Part shown: piece by piece, positions 33,044 to 42,321 of the stretch
Layout of the letters: each line of letters starts with the position of its first letter
Position numbering within the stretch: the first letter of the stretch is position 1
DNA from: an uncultured delta proteobacterium
Lineage (GTDB): Bacteria; Desulfobacterota; Binatia; UBA9968
DNA length: 64,000 bases
Reading direction: 5' to 3'
NCBI GenBank assembly: GCA_963755715.1
Contig: CAVWLW010000027.1
Location: 224,001-288,000 of the forward strand
The notes under the pieces: generated by a model
Seen by the model: the letters and a program-made list of their open reading frames with translations, nothing else
What the model was told of the DNA's origin: nothing
The model's database searches: none
Translations under genes and position numbers: made by a program

Positions 33044-33391
33044 CTATCCTTTAATCCAACTGATCAAGGCACCCCAAACTATAAAAATTACGCCGCCGAG
33101 CATTAAAAGCAGCCCAACGGGTCCGAACACGAAAGACAATCCCGCTCCCAAAACGAAAATTAAGACTCCGGTTCCCAGCGGGTTGAAAGGTGCCGGAGTG
33201 GTTCCTGCCGTGCTCGCCTGATCATCCGCCTTATGGATGAACTCCTCGCGGATGAGGGCGAACGCCAGCTCTTTGAGATCTTCGCGTCGCTCAGGGTCGG
33301 CGCCCTGAATCAGACGGCCCAGCTCTTGAGCTAACCTTTCGATCTCTTGTTCACGCGCTTCGGGCGCTAGATTGGCAGGATCAGATGTCAC
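33044..33391 (-). CDS. Hypothetical membrane protein (two C-terminal TM helices)
   Basis: 115-aa ORF ending 6 bp upstream of Rieske gene on the same strand. Confidence 0.65.
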   Translation of the reverse strand: MTSDPANLAPEAREQEIERLAQELGRLIQGADPERREDLKELAFALIREEFIHKADDQASTAGTTPAPFNPLGTGVLIFVLGAGLSFVFGPVGLLLMLGGVIFIVWGALISWIKG

Positions 33392-33459
33392 CTGAGATTA
33401 GAGTTGTTGATTATTATAGAAATAATTCTTTGTCAACAAATCCGCCCATCACAGCGGCG

Positions 33460-33942
33460 CTAACGAGTCACCAATACCACCGCTGTCGCAGCCATTCCTT
33501 TGCCTTGACCCGCCCAGCCGAGTTTTTCCGTTGTCGTGGCTTTGATGCTTATTCTCTCTTCGGCAACCCGGCACAATCCGGCGACGTTCTTGCGCATCCG
33601 GCTATAGTGCGGCGCGAGTTTCGGCTCCTGCGCCACCACGGTGACGTCGACGTTCACCAGCTTGAAACGCTTGCGCCGCATGATCTCGAGCGCCCGTGCC
33701 AGCAATTCGCTGCTCGCGATACCTTTGAAACGGATATCGCTATCGGGGAAATGGGTGCCGATATCGCCTTCGCCGATCGCGCCAAAGATCGCGTTGATCA
33801 AAGCATGGAGCACGACGTCAGCGTCGGAATGACCCTTGAGCCCCTTGGTGTGGGGGATCTCGACACCGCCGATCATGAGTCTGCGTCCGCGCACCAAGCG
33901 GTGTACATCGAAGCCGTGTCCAATGCGACTCTCTTTGGCCAT
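33460..33942 (-). CDS. ispF: 2-C-methyl-D-erythritol 2,4-cyclodiphosphate synthase
   Basis: RIGHGFDVH, GHSDADV..HA, GDIGTHFPD, KATTTEKLG. Confidence 0.96.
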   Translation of the reverse strand: MAKESRIGHGFDVHRLVRGRRLMIGGVEIPHTKGLKGHSDADVVLHALINAIFGAIGEGDIGTHFPDSDIRFKGIASSELLARALEIMRRKRFKLVNVDVTVVAQEPKLAPHYSRMRKNVAGLCRVAEERISIKATTTEKLGWAGQGKGMAATAVVLVTR

Positions 33943-34100
33943 GTCCGATAGCTTACCCACGCCCACCCACAGCGCATCATCACTCGAAGCCGCGAAACAT
34001 TCAATCATCCGCTTTCCCCGTCGTATAAATTAGCCTCCCGGCGGTGTCTGGAGTTGACGCGGTCGCTGGGCTATACTTGCGTCCACATAATAAAAGATCG

Positions 34101-34847
34101 ATGCGATCGCGAATGCTATTAATCTGCTTGCTCGTCTTCGTCGCCCTGCCTCTTTACACCGTACTGTCCGGACAGGCGCCACTGGGTCGTGATTTTCGCA
34201 CCGCGGATCGTTCCAGCGCCGGCATCGCGCCGACTCCTGAGACCACACCGGAAGCAGTCGTGCAAGTTTATTTTGCGCGCGCGCTCAATTGGCGCGGCAT
34301 TTTCGGTGTCCACACCTGGATCGCCACCAAGCCCGAGAACGCCCCCGAGTACACTATCCATCAAGTGATCGGCTGGCGTGCCTACCGCGGTCTTCCCGTG
34401 GTCGTCTCCGCGCCGGGCATTCCCGATGGGCGCTGGTTTGGCAACGAACCGACGCTGATCGGCGGGCTCAGTGGCAGCGCCGCTGCAGAGGCCATCCCGA
34501 AGATACTTGAAGCAGTGGCCAGCTATCCTTACGCCAACGAGTACCAACTGTGGCCGGGTCCGAACAGCAACACGTTTATGGCTTACATCGGCCGCAAAGT
34601 CCCGGAGCTGCAAATGGATCTGCCGGCAACAGCCATCGGCAAGGACTATCCGATCAATGGCTCGATGCTCGACCGCACTCCGAGCGGCACCGGCTACCAA
34701 CTTTCCATGCTGGGCCTGCTCGGCGTGTCCGTGGGACGCGAAGAAGGATTCGAACTAAACTTGCTAGGCTTAAATTTCGGCATCGACTTCTTCAGACCCG
34801 CGCTCAAGCTGCCCTTCATCGGTCGGCTCGGCGTGGGCGAGCATTGA
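34101..34847 (+). CDS. DUF3750-like protein
   Basis: WRGIFGVHTWI, PDGRWFG, YQLWPGPNSNTF, LPATAIGKDY, ELNLLGL. Confidence 0.75.
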   Translation: MRSRMLLICLLVFVALPLYTVLSGQAPLGRDFRTADRSSAGIAPTPETTPEAVVQVYFARALNWRGIFGVHTWIATKPENAPEYTIHQVIGWRAYRGLPVVVSAPGIPDGRWFGNEPTLIGGLSGSAAAEAIPKILEAVASYPYANEYQLWPGPNSNTFMAYIGRKVPELQMDLPATAIGKDYPINGSMLDRTPSGTGYQLSMLGLLGVSVGREEGFELNLLGLNFGIDFFRPALKLPFIGRLGVGEH

Positions 34848-34882
34848 GGAAATCTCTCCCAATTTCATCGCGCCTCACTCGA

Positions 34883-36169
34883 ATGGCGGCACGCCAATCG
34901 TCTCTGACCCGCTACCGCCTGCTGGTCTTCTCAGCCACCGCATGGGCGTTGGCCTCGGGGATTTTTCTATTCGACAATAACTTATTTTCTCAGCGCGAGA
35001 AATTCCAAGAATCTGATTTCATCATGACTTTCTACGTGGCGGGTCACTTGGCTGCGACCGGCCGCGCGAACGAGCTTTATCCGCCGTCGGACGCCCGTTC
35101 CTTTATCGATACGCCATTCGATAGGGCCGCGCACGAGCTTTTACCGCATCTACCGAAATCATCCACCGGCGCTTACATGTACATTCCGCTCATCGCCGGC
35201 TTCTTCGCGCCATTTAGCCTGGTCGATCCGAATTTGTCTTTGTTTCTATGGCAGCTAATGTCGGTTGTAGCCCTGGCTTTGTCCGTGACGATTTTGTCCC
35301 GCGTGAGCGCGATAAAAATTAGCGAGCTGTTTTTTCTGTCGTTCTTGTACGGTCCCGTCTTTCTGACATTGTGGGCGGGGCAACTGGGTCTCGGATTTGG
35401 CTTGCTGCCGCTCTGTATCGGCTATTTTCTACTTCTGCGACAAATGCCCTTTGCGGCAGGAATCGTCTGGTCGTTTCTTTTACTCAAACCCCAATATTTT
35501 TTCGCGCCAGCGTTTGTCGCGCTGGTGAACGCACTGACGGGACGTTATCGAACCCTTACAGGAATGAGTGTGGGCGTTGTTTGTCTTCTGGTCTTGACCG
35601 TCACCGCGTTTTCGACGCCGTTGACCGTTCAATGGTTGCTCAGTCACCGGGTGAGCGATGCTTATTTTTTTTCCGGTCTACAAGGCATTCCAAGCCATCT
35701 GCTAACCGGTTTGCCGGCTAATCTCCTGGTTCTTTTTCCCATCAATCAACGAGAGGTCGTCAAACTGCCGCTTTACGCCGGCGCCGCCGCCATGTGGCTA
35801 TTTGGCTTTTGGTTTTGCTCTAGATTTAAGAAACTGCAGATGGCGGAATCAGCGCAAATTTCAGTTACGTTCGTGGTCGGAATTGTGCTGAGCTCGCTCA
35901 CTTTGCCGCACCTGCTCTACTACGATCTTTGTATTCTCTTGCCCGCCGGAGTTCTTTTACTCGCGCAAGATGGGCCTTTGCCCAAGGCAAACGGAATGAG
36001 ATCGATCGGAGTGATGGGTTGGATCGTCGTGAGTGGCTTCCTGCCGCTTTTGCTGTTCTTCGCCAATCAAAAACTGGCTCCGCTCCTTCTCGAATTGATT
36101 CTATTGATCCTGTTCGTCTGGCTATTGAAGCAGCTGAATCAGTTTTGCAAACTCACAGCGCGCGCATAA
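34883..36169 (+). CDS. GT-C fold membrane glycosyltransferase (GT87/DUF2029-like)
   Basis: DF..FY.AG, YMYIP, GQ, LLKPQY, PHLLYYDL; many TM helices. Confidence 0.75.
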   Translation: MAARQSSLTRYRLLVFSATAWALASGIFLFDNNLFSQREKFQESDFIMTFYVAGHLAATGRANELYPPSDARSFIDTPFDRAAHELLPHLPKSSTGAYMYIPLIAGFFAPFSLVDPNLSLFLWQLMSVVALALSVTILSRVSAIKISELFFLSFLYGPVFLTLWAGQLGLGFGLLPLCIGYFLLLRQMPFAAGIVWSFLLLKPQYFFAPAFVALVNALTGRYRTLTGMSVGVVCLLVLTVTAFSTPLTVQWLLSHRVSDAYFFSGLQGIPSHLLTGLPANLLVLFPINQREVVKLPLYAGAAAMWLFGFWFCSRFKKLQMAESAQISVTFVVGIVLSSLTLPHLLYYDLCILLPAGVLLLAQDGPLPKANGMRSIGVMGWIVVSGFLPLLLFFANQKLAPLLLELILLILFVWLLKQLNQFCKLTARA

Positions 36170-36184
36170 CAGCGCATCGAAGGC

Positions 36185-37651
36185 TCATCTGAATTCATCT
36201 CTAGACGCCGGCCATAAACTGATGACAGCGCCGCCGAAGGCAATCGCCGCCGCGATCAGATAAGCGTACCGATACCCATACAAGAAAGCGGTGAGAACCA
36301 GCCTGTCGGCATCGCCCCCAGCGTCACGGCCGAGATTCTGCAGCGACGTTTCACCGGTCGATGCCAACAAAAAATGACTGACGACGGCCGCGGCCAGCGT
36401 CGCGCCGATAGAATAGCCAAGACTGCGCACGATCGATAAAACTGACGAACCGATGCCGAGACGATGGCGCGGCACCGCGCTCATGAGCAGATTATTGTTC
36501 GGCGTTTGAAATATTCCCATGCCGACGCCGAGCAAAGCCAAGCCAAAGATCACTTCCGTTGCGCTCGCGCCAGGCGCAAGAAAACTCAAAAAGACCAAAG
36601 CTGCGCCGTTCACGGCCAGGCCTAAGGCACAGAGCCGCTCCGGCACAAATCGTTCCGACATCCAGCCCGTGAAGGGCGCCAGCAGCGCCATCGCCAGCGG
36701 CGTCGGCGCCACCAAGAACCCGGCGCGTAGCGGATCCAATCCCATCACCAGTTGCAAGAAAAACGGCATCAGCAAATTGCTGACGCTCATCGTGATGAAA
36801 CTGAACCATCGGGTGGCATTGCCCAAGCTAAACGCGGCGATGCGAAAAATGTCCAGATCGAGCAGTGGCGATCGAGCCCGCTTCTCCCACCAGACAAAAA
36901 AGCCGAGCACACCGACTCCGCTGAGCGCCATCAAACCGATGATGGGATCGCGCCACTGTCCCTTCTGAGCGAGCGCCAGAGCGAACAACAGCGACGAAAT
37001 ACCGATGGCGAAGGAGACGGCGCCGGCGAAGTCGAACGGCTCTTTTTTCTCGCCGCTGCCTTTGAAACTCTCCGCCGGCAAGAGCGCCCGCGCAGCGCCG
37101 AAACCGACCATGGCTAGAAAGGCGGATAGATAGAAATTTGAGCGCCAACCGAAGGCATGGGTCAGCAGCCCACCCAAGACCGGCCCAAGGGTATAGCCGA
37201 GAGCCGACACCGTGCCGCCGGCGATGCCCATGGCGCGACCGCGTTCTTCCCGCGGAAACAGCGCCGTGACCAAAGCAAAATTATTGGCCATGATGAGCGC
37301 GCTGCCGGCCGCTTGTAAGGCGCGGAAAAAAATCAATTGGCCGGCTCCTTGCGCCGCGCCGGCGGCCACTGAGCTGATCGCATACAAGACAAAACCCGCG
37401 AGAAAAAGTTTGCCGACACCGAGCAGATCCGCCATCCTGCCGCAAGGCAGATAGAGCGACGCGGTGATCAAGGCATAAACCAGCGCGATCCAACTGGCCA
37501 GCGCCAAGTCTGCATGCAGATCTTTAATGATCAAAGGCAGCGCGATACTGAGCTGCCCCGAGTCTGCCGTTACGATCAGGGTCGCTAGCGAAGCGACCGC
37601 CAGCGACCACCAGCGCTTTCGTGGCGGCGAGGATTGAGTCTGGACGACCAT
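36185..37651 (-). CDS. MFS transporter, DHA2 (14-TMS) family
   Basis: IALP.I, GRMADLLG, FRALQAAG, GPVLGG.L...GWR, P.LDL..F, TPNN. Confidence 0.88.
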   Translation of the reverse strand: MVVQTQSSPPRKRWWSLAVASLATLIVTADSGQLSIALPLIIKDLHADLALASWIALVYALITASLYLPCGRMADLLGVGKLFLAGFVLYAISSVAAGAAQGAGQLIFFRALQAAGSALIMANNFALVTALFPREERGRAMGIAGGTVSALGYTLGPVLGGLLTHAFGWRSNFYLSAFLAMVGFGAARALLPAESFKGSGEKKEPFDFAGAVSFAIGISSLLFALALAQKGQWRDPIIGLMALSGVGVLGFFVWWEKRARSPLLDLDIFRIAAFSLGNATRWFSFITMSVSNLLMPFFLQLVMGLDPLRAGFLVAPTPLAMALLAPFTGWMSERFVPERLCALGLAVNGAALVFLSFLAPGASATEVIFGLALLGVGMGIFQTPNNNLLMSAVPRHRLGIGSSVLSIVRSLGYSIGATLAAAVVSHFLLASTGETSLQNLGRDAGGDADRLVLTAFLYGYRYAYLIAAAIAFGGAVISLWPASRDEFR

Positions 37652-37695
37652 GGCGGGATCAGAGAAGTTAGTGAACGGCGTCAATGAAGGGGCGA

Positions 37696-38491
37696 TTACT
37701 TGACGACGGGCCAGTATCGTCCCTTCCGCTTCATAACTGTTAAAGACACACCGTACAGATCTTTCAACACATTTCGATCGAGTACGCGCCGAGTGTCGCC
37801 GGCGTAAAGCACCCTGCCGTCGCGCAGAATCAAGGTGTGACGAAACAGCGGCAGGATTTCCTCGATATGATGCGTCACATAGATCAGCGCGGGAATTTTT
37901 CTTTGCGCGCCGACCCGGCGCAGTGAAGCGAGAAAATTTTCCCGCGCGCCCGGGTCCATGCCGGCGCAAGGCTCGTCGAGAATAATCAGATACGGCTTGG
38001 TCATGCGCGCCCGCGCAATCAGGACTCTTTGCTGCTCGCCTTGCGACAGCGTGGCGAATTCCTGCTCGCTCAAATGAGCGCAGCCCAATTGACTCAAATA
38101 GCGCCGCGCGCAAGCGTAGTCGTATCGGCTCGCCTGACCCCATAAACCGCCGAGGTAACCGATCTGGGCAAATCTACCGGACACAACCGTGTTGAGAACC
38201 TTTTCCTGAGGCAGGAATCTCGCTCGCCAGCGCCGCCGTCACCCAGCCGATACTCTTTCTCAGCTCAGGCAAATGCGTAAGCTCCTTGCCGTTGCGCAAA
38301 ATCACGCCGCCGGCATTGGGCCAAAGGTAACCGCACGCCAATTTGAGTAAGGTCGTTTTACCGGAGCCGTTCGGACCGAGAATCGCCCAATGCTCGCCGC
38401 GCCGAACCGTCCAATTGATGGAATGAAGAATCGACTTGCCGCCGGCCACGTAGGAAACGTCACGAAGTTCGAGCGCGGGAGTTTTCTTCAT
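37696..38491 (-). CDS. ABC ATP-binding protein (ModF/YlmA-like); frameshift near 38200
   Basis: GEHWAILGPNGSGKTT, LSQGEQQR, LDEPCAG, VTHH.EEI. Confidence 0.87.
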
Positions 38492-38565
38492 CGACAAAAG
38501 CTCTGCCGATGAAAGTGAACGGAAAACGCGAGATTTGCAACGGCGACGGAGTGGGCGGACAGCGT

Positions 38566-38624
38566 GAATGGGAGTGATGAAGTTATGGGAAATCTTAATC
38601 CCTCATTACTCCACTACTCCATTC
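38566..38624. repeat. Palindrome of octamer tandem units (TGGAGTNN / NNACTCCA)
   Basis: GAATGGGAGTGATGAAGTTATGG...CATTACTCCACTACTCCATTC; abuts stop codon at 38625. Confidence 0.75.
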
Positions 38625-39623
38625 CTAGTGCTTGAACCGCGAGAACACTTGCAACGCGTTTTTCTCGAAAACCTTGGCTTTGTCCTCCGCCGCGAGCCAC
38701 GGGATGCTTTCGATATTCGGCCGCACGTCGTCGTACCACTTGCCGGTGCGTGGATCGGTCTTGGAGCCGGCGCCCGGTCGCTCGGTGCCGAAAAGGCAAC
38801 GCTCCGGACCGCAGATGCGAAACAGCAGTTTCAGAGACTCGATATTGTAAAGCGCCGTGTCGAAGTAAAGTTGCTTTAATCTCTGATCGAAATTTTCCGT
38901 GTCGTTGGGTCCGCGCAGCTGCGAGCGCCAGCGCCCGACTTGATAGGGCACCGAGCCACCGCCGTGAGAAATAATCAGTTTCAGCTTGGGAAAATCCTGA
39001 AACACTTTTGAATCCACCAGCGAAAGAATCGCGATGCTTTCTTCGGTGATGAAATGACCGTGAAACGACTCGCGCGGATTTTTGCAGCTCGCGCCATGGA
39101 CGAGTCCAGGGATATCCATCTTCACCATCTTTTCGTAAAGCGGATACCAGTACTCTTGACCCATCGCCGGCGTTTGACCGTCGCCTTCGCCCGGATCCGG
39201 GTTGATCATGATGCCGACGAAGCCCAAGTCGTTGATGCAGCGATCGATCTCGTCGAACGTATTCGTTACCGGCACGCCGGCGTTCTGCGGCAAGCCGCCG
39301 ATGGCGCGAAACTTCTTTGGCTCCATCTTCACCTGCAACGCCAGCGCGTCGTTCACCGCCTGACAATACCAGTGGACGATCTTTTCCGGTTTCGCCGAGT
39401 GCATCATCGTGTATGGCCGCGGCGAGATAAAGGCGAAATCAGTTCCGACTTCGTCCAGGACCTCGGAATGCTTGTGACCACGCCACTTCGCCTCTTGAAT
39501 ATTTTTCTCCGTGACCACCGCACCGCCGCCAGGACGATGAAACCCGGCGCTATTGATCAGGCCGGCTTGAAAGGTCTGGAGCTGCTCGCCGGCTACAATG
39601 TGATTGTGAACGTCGATAATCAT
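38625..39623 (-). CDS. Amidohydrolase_2 family protein, LigJ (4-oxalomesaconate hydratase)-like
   Basis: IIDVHNH, LGFVGIMINPDP, YWYPLYEKMV.MD.P..VH, FPKLKLIISHGGG, LYFDT, FGTERPG. Confidence 0.8.
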   Translation of the reverse strand: MIIDVHNHIVAGEQLQTFQAGLINSAGFHRPGGGAVVTEKNIQEAKWRGHKHSEVLDEVGTDFAFISPRPYTMMHSAKPEKIVHWYCQAVNDALALQVKMEPKKFRAIGGLPQNAGVPVTNTFDEIDRCINDLGFVGIMINPDPGEGDGQTPAMGQEYWYPLYEKMVKMDIPGLVHGASCKNPRESFHGHFITEESIAILSLVDSKVFQDFPKLKLIISHGGGSVPYQVGRWRSQLRGPNDTENFDQRLKQLYFDTALYNIESLKLLFRICGPERCLFGTERPGAGSKTDPRTGKWYDDVRPNIESIPWLAAEDKAKVFEKNALQVFSRFKH

Positions 39624-39696
39624 GGCGAAATCCTTTCTGCGTAAATTCGCTTGTTACCTATCAGAGACCGACGACGCACCGCAAGATGAGCAGAAG

Positions 39697-39787
39697 TGGA
39701 GTGATGGAGTACTGGACATGATAGGTTTCCGATTTCTATCAATACTCCAACACTCCAGTGCCCCAGTCTTCCAACTCCATCACCCCA
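39697..39787. repeat. Palindrome of octamer tandem units
   Basis: TGGAGTGA TGGAGTAC TGGA...ATACTCCA ACACTCCA GTGCCCCA GTCTTCCA..TCACCCCA; abuts stop at 39788. Confidence 0.78.
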
Positions 39788-41083
39788 TTATGCTTTCCGC
39801 GGCGGTTTCAGCATGAGGCTGAGCCCCGCTGAGGTCATCAATGCTGCGCCGAACAGCGCAAAGGACAGGCCGTAGCCGCCGGTGGCGTCGAATAGAAATC
39901 CGAAAAACGGCGGACCTGCTGCCGCCAATATCTGCGAAATCAGCAATCCCATGCCGCGAACCTTGCCGAGCGAGCGGCGGCCGAAATAATTCGCCCAGAG
40001 AATATCAGGCAAGACCATATTGCCGCCGAGACCTATGCCGTAGAGAAAAAAACCGGCATACAGACAAAAGATACTTGCCGTCGATATCGCCAACGCCAAT
40101 CCAATCCCCTGGATCACGAATCGCAACATCGCTGCGATGCACGGGTTGATCCGCTCGGCAAGCAGGCCCCAGGCCAGCGGCGAAGCGAGCTGCATCGAGG
40201 CGATCACGCTCATCACTGTAGCCGCGACCACCGGAGAATGACCGATATCGGTGACATAAGAAAAAACATGCAGGTTGAGTCCGGTGACTCCCATGCTCGA
40301 GATGCCGAAGGTTACGACCAGCAGCCAGAACGCGCTGGTGTGCACGGCTTCGCTGCGCGTCCAAACCGCATCCAGATCGTTTGTCGGAAATCGATCGCCG
40401 CCGCTTTTTTTTGCCGCGCTGGAATTGACAGGTACGGCGTCGCCATCGGGATAGAGGTTCATGTCTTCCGGCCGGCGCCGGATGACAAACAGCGCTGGCA
40501 GCACGAGCAACGCGATGGTAAGAACGCCGAACACCGTCCAGGTCTGGCGCCAGCCGAGCGTGAGAAGAAGCCATGCCGCGACCACCGGCATACAAACTTT
40601 GGCGAAGCCGACACCCATGCTGGTGAACGCAAGCGCGCGCCCGCGCCGGCGCACAAACCACTGGGCGATGACGACGTTGACGACCATGTAGCCCATCACC
40701 GCGTCACCGCAGCTCACCAGCGTCAGACGAATAGCCGCGAATTGATTGAAGCTGTCGACGTGACCGAGAAAGAAGTAACCGACGCCGACGACGATCGCGC
40801 CGATCGCCATCAGCCAGCGGCCGCCGTAGCGATCCACCAGCGTGCCGACGAACGGCGCGAGACAAGCGCCGATGATTCCCTCTCCGGAGCGGAGCAGTGA
40901 AAACACGCCGCGCGAAATACCTAATTCGGTTGTTAGCGGTTTAAGAAAGATGCTCAGCGTACTGGCGAGCGCGAACGATGAAGCGACGTTGGCGAGAAAG
41001 CCGACGCCAACGATGTACCAGCCGTAAAACAAACCCTGTCGCTTGATGCCGTGCGCAACGCTGGCTGCCGTTTCCACATTCAC
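39788..41083 (-). CDS. MFS transporter (OFA/MCT-like)
   Basis: FYGWYIV, GTLVDRYGGR, QWFVRRRGRA, GWR, FW, YFGRR..G. Confidence 0.85.
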   Translation of the reverse strand: MNVETAASVAHGIKRQGLFYGWYIVGVGFLANVASSFALASTLSIFLKPLTTELGISRGVFSLLRSGEGIIGACLAPFVGTLVDRYGGRWLMAIGAIVVGVGYFFLGHVDSFNQFAAIRLTLVSCGDAVMGYMVVNVVIAQWFVRRRGRALAFTSMGVGFAKVCMPVVAAWLLLTLGWRQTWTVFGVLTIALLVLPALFVIRRRPEDMNLYPDGDAVPVNSSAAKKSGGDRFPTNDLDAVWTRSEAVHTSAFWLLVVTFGISSMGVTGLNLHVFSYVTDIGHSPVVAATVMSVIASMQLASPLAWGLLAERINPCIAAMLRFVIQGIGLALAISTASIFCLYAGFFLYGIGLGGNMVLPDILWANYFGRRSLGKVRGMGLLISQILAAAGPPFFGFLFDATGGYGLSFALFGAALMTSAGLSLMLKPPRKA

Positions 41084-41134
41084 GGTGTAGCAGGAATCCG
41101 GCTGGGCGCGCAATTCAACGCACGAGTCTCTGGT

Positions 41135-41236
41135 ATTATTCCGAGGCGAAGCCGAGGAATCTGAGGTCGAGACCCTTCACTCCATTAGACTATCTGAAAC
41201 TCCGTTCATGGTTCGACTAAGCTCACCACGAACGGA
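41135..41236. repeat. Two adjacent REP-like palindromes
   Basis: ATTCCGAGGCGAAGCCGAGGAAT and TCCGTTCATGGT-loop-ACCACGAACGGA hairpins. Confidence 0.65.
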
Positions 41237-41505
41237 AGAGAGTCGAGAGTCGCCAGTTAGCCGTCAGAACAATCTGTTCGTTTAGTCCCTGAAGATCGAC
41301 AGCCGGTGTTCGCTCGAGCGCCATGTCCTTGACGCGCCAGGCGAGTTTTTGCCGGTGCATTGAACAAGCGGTGAAGAGAAGCATGCAGATCAGACGGATG
41401 AACTTTTTCATACGCTGCGCGTCTAAGCTTTGACCGGTTCTTGACCGTCGGTCATACTCGCGATGTCGCTGGATTTGCTGTAACCTTTTGACGAAAGGAA
41501 TTATC

Positions 41506-42219
41506 ATGAAAAACTTTCTGCTTATTGGCGGGATTTTAGTTCTTTTGGCGCCGTCTGCCGGAGCGCAGCAAGACAGGCCCCGGCCGCGAGTGCCGTCGAT
41601 TACCGTCACGGGCGAAGCGACTATATCCGCCGAACCAAATCAAGCGCAAATCGATATCGGCGTCGTCACCCAAGCCCGCACCGCGCCCGAAGCGTCAAAA
41701 GAAAATGCCGAACGCGTGACCCGTGTGTTGGCCGAGCTTAAAAAACTTTTGGACAAAGCCGACGAAATCAAGACCAGCGGTTACGCGCTCACACCCAACT
41801 ACCGCTATCCGCAGGGCGGCAAGCCGGAGATCGTCGGCTACAATGCCAATAACACGGTGCGAATCAAGACAAGCAATCTGGATCTCGTCGGCCGCCTGAT
41901 CGATAGCGCCATGCAGGCCGGCGCCAATAACGTGAATCGTTTGATGTTTACTTTGAAGGATGAACAGGGTGCTCAGCTTGAGGCGCTGCGCGCGGCGTCC
42001 GCTAAAGCAAGGACGAAAGCCGAAGCAATTGCCGCATCACTGGGGTTGAAGATTGTGAAAATCGCATCGGTCACCGAGGGCGAGCGCGCGGTGCAGCCCG
42101 TTTTTCGCCAGGCGATGGCCGCGCGCGCTGAAGCGGCGCCCGCGCCAACGCCCGTTGAACCCGGCACCGTGGAAGTGCGCTCGACGGTTTCGATGACCGT
42201 GGAAGTGAGCGAGAAATAG
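41506..42219 (+). CDS. SIMPL domain (DUF541/YggE) periplasmic protein
   Basis: Signal peptide, ITVTGEA....PNQA.I.IGV, AGAN.V, AEAIA...G, PVEPG. Confidence 0.9.
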   Translation: MKNFLLIGGILVLLAPSAGAQQDRPRPRVPSITVTGEATISAEPNQAQIDIGVVTQARTAPEASKENAERVTRVLAELKKLLDKADEIKTSGYALTPNYRYPQGGKPEIVGYNANNTVRIKTSNLDLVGRLIDSAMQAGANNVNRLMFTLKDEQGAQLEALRAASAKARTKAEAIAASLGLKIVKIASVTEGERAVQPVFRQAMAARAEAAPAPTPVEPGTVEVRSTVSMTVEVSEK

Positions 42220-42229
42220 CGCCGTCAGA

Positions 42230-42321
42230 TTGGAGTACTGGAGTATTGGAGTGCTGGGTTTCGGACCGAATACCATATTCTTTGTCTCAGAACCCATTAC
42301 TCCAACACTCCATCACTCCAA
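42230..42321. repeat. Palindrome of octamer tandem units between convergent genes
   Basis: TGGAGTAC TGGAGTAT TGGAGTGC TGGG...CCCA TTACTCCA ACACTCCA TCACTCCA. Confidence 0.82.

Noticed and set aside
34550-38143. Long N-terminal extensions of the GT87-like (34550) and MFS (38143) ORFs
   Set aside because: The extensions overlap neighbouring genes in other frames; downstream starts (34883, 37651) fit better.
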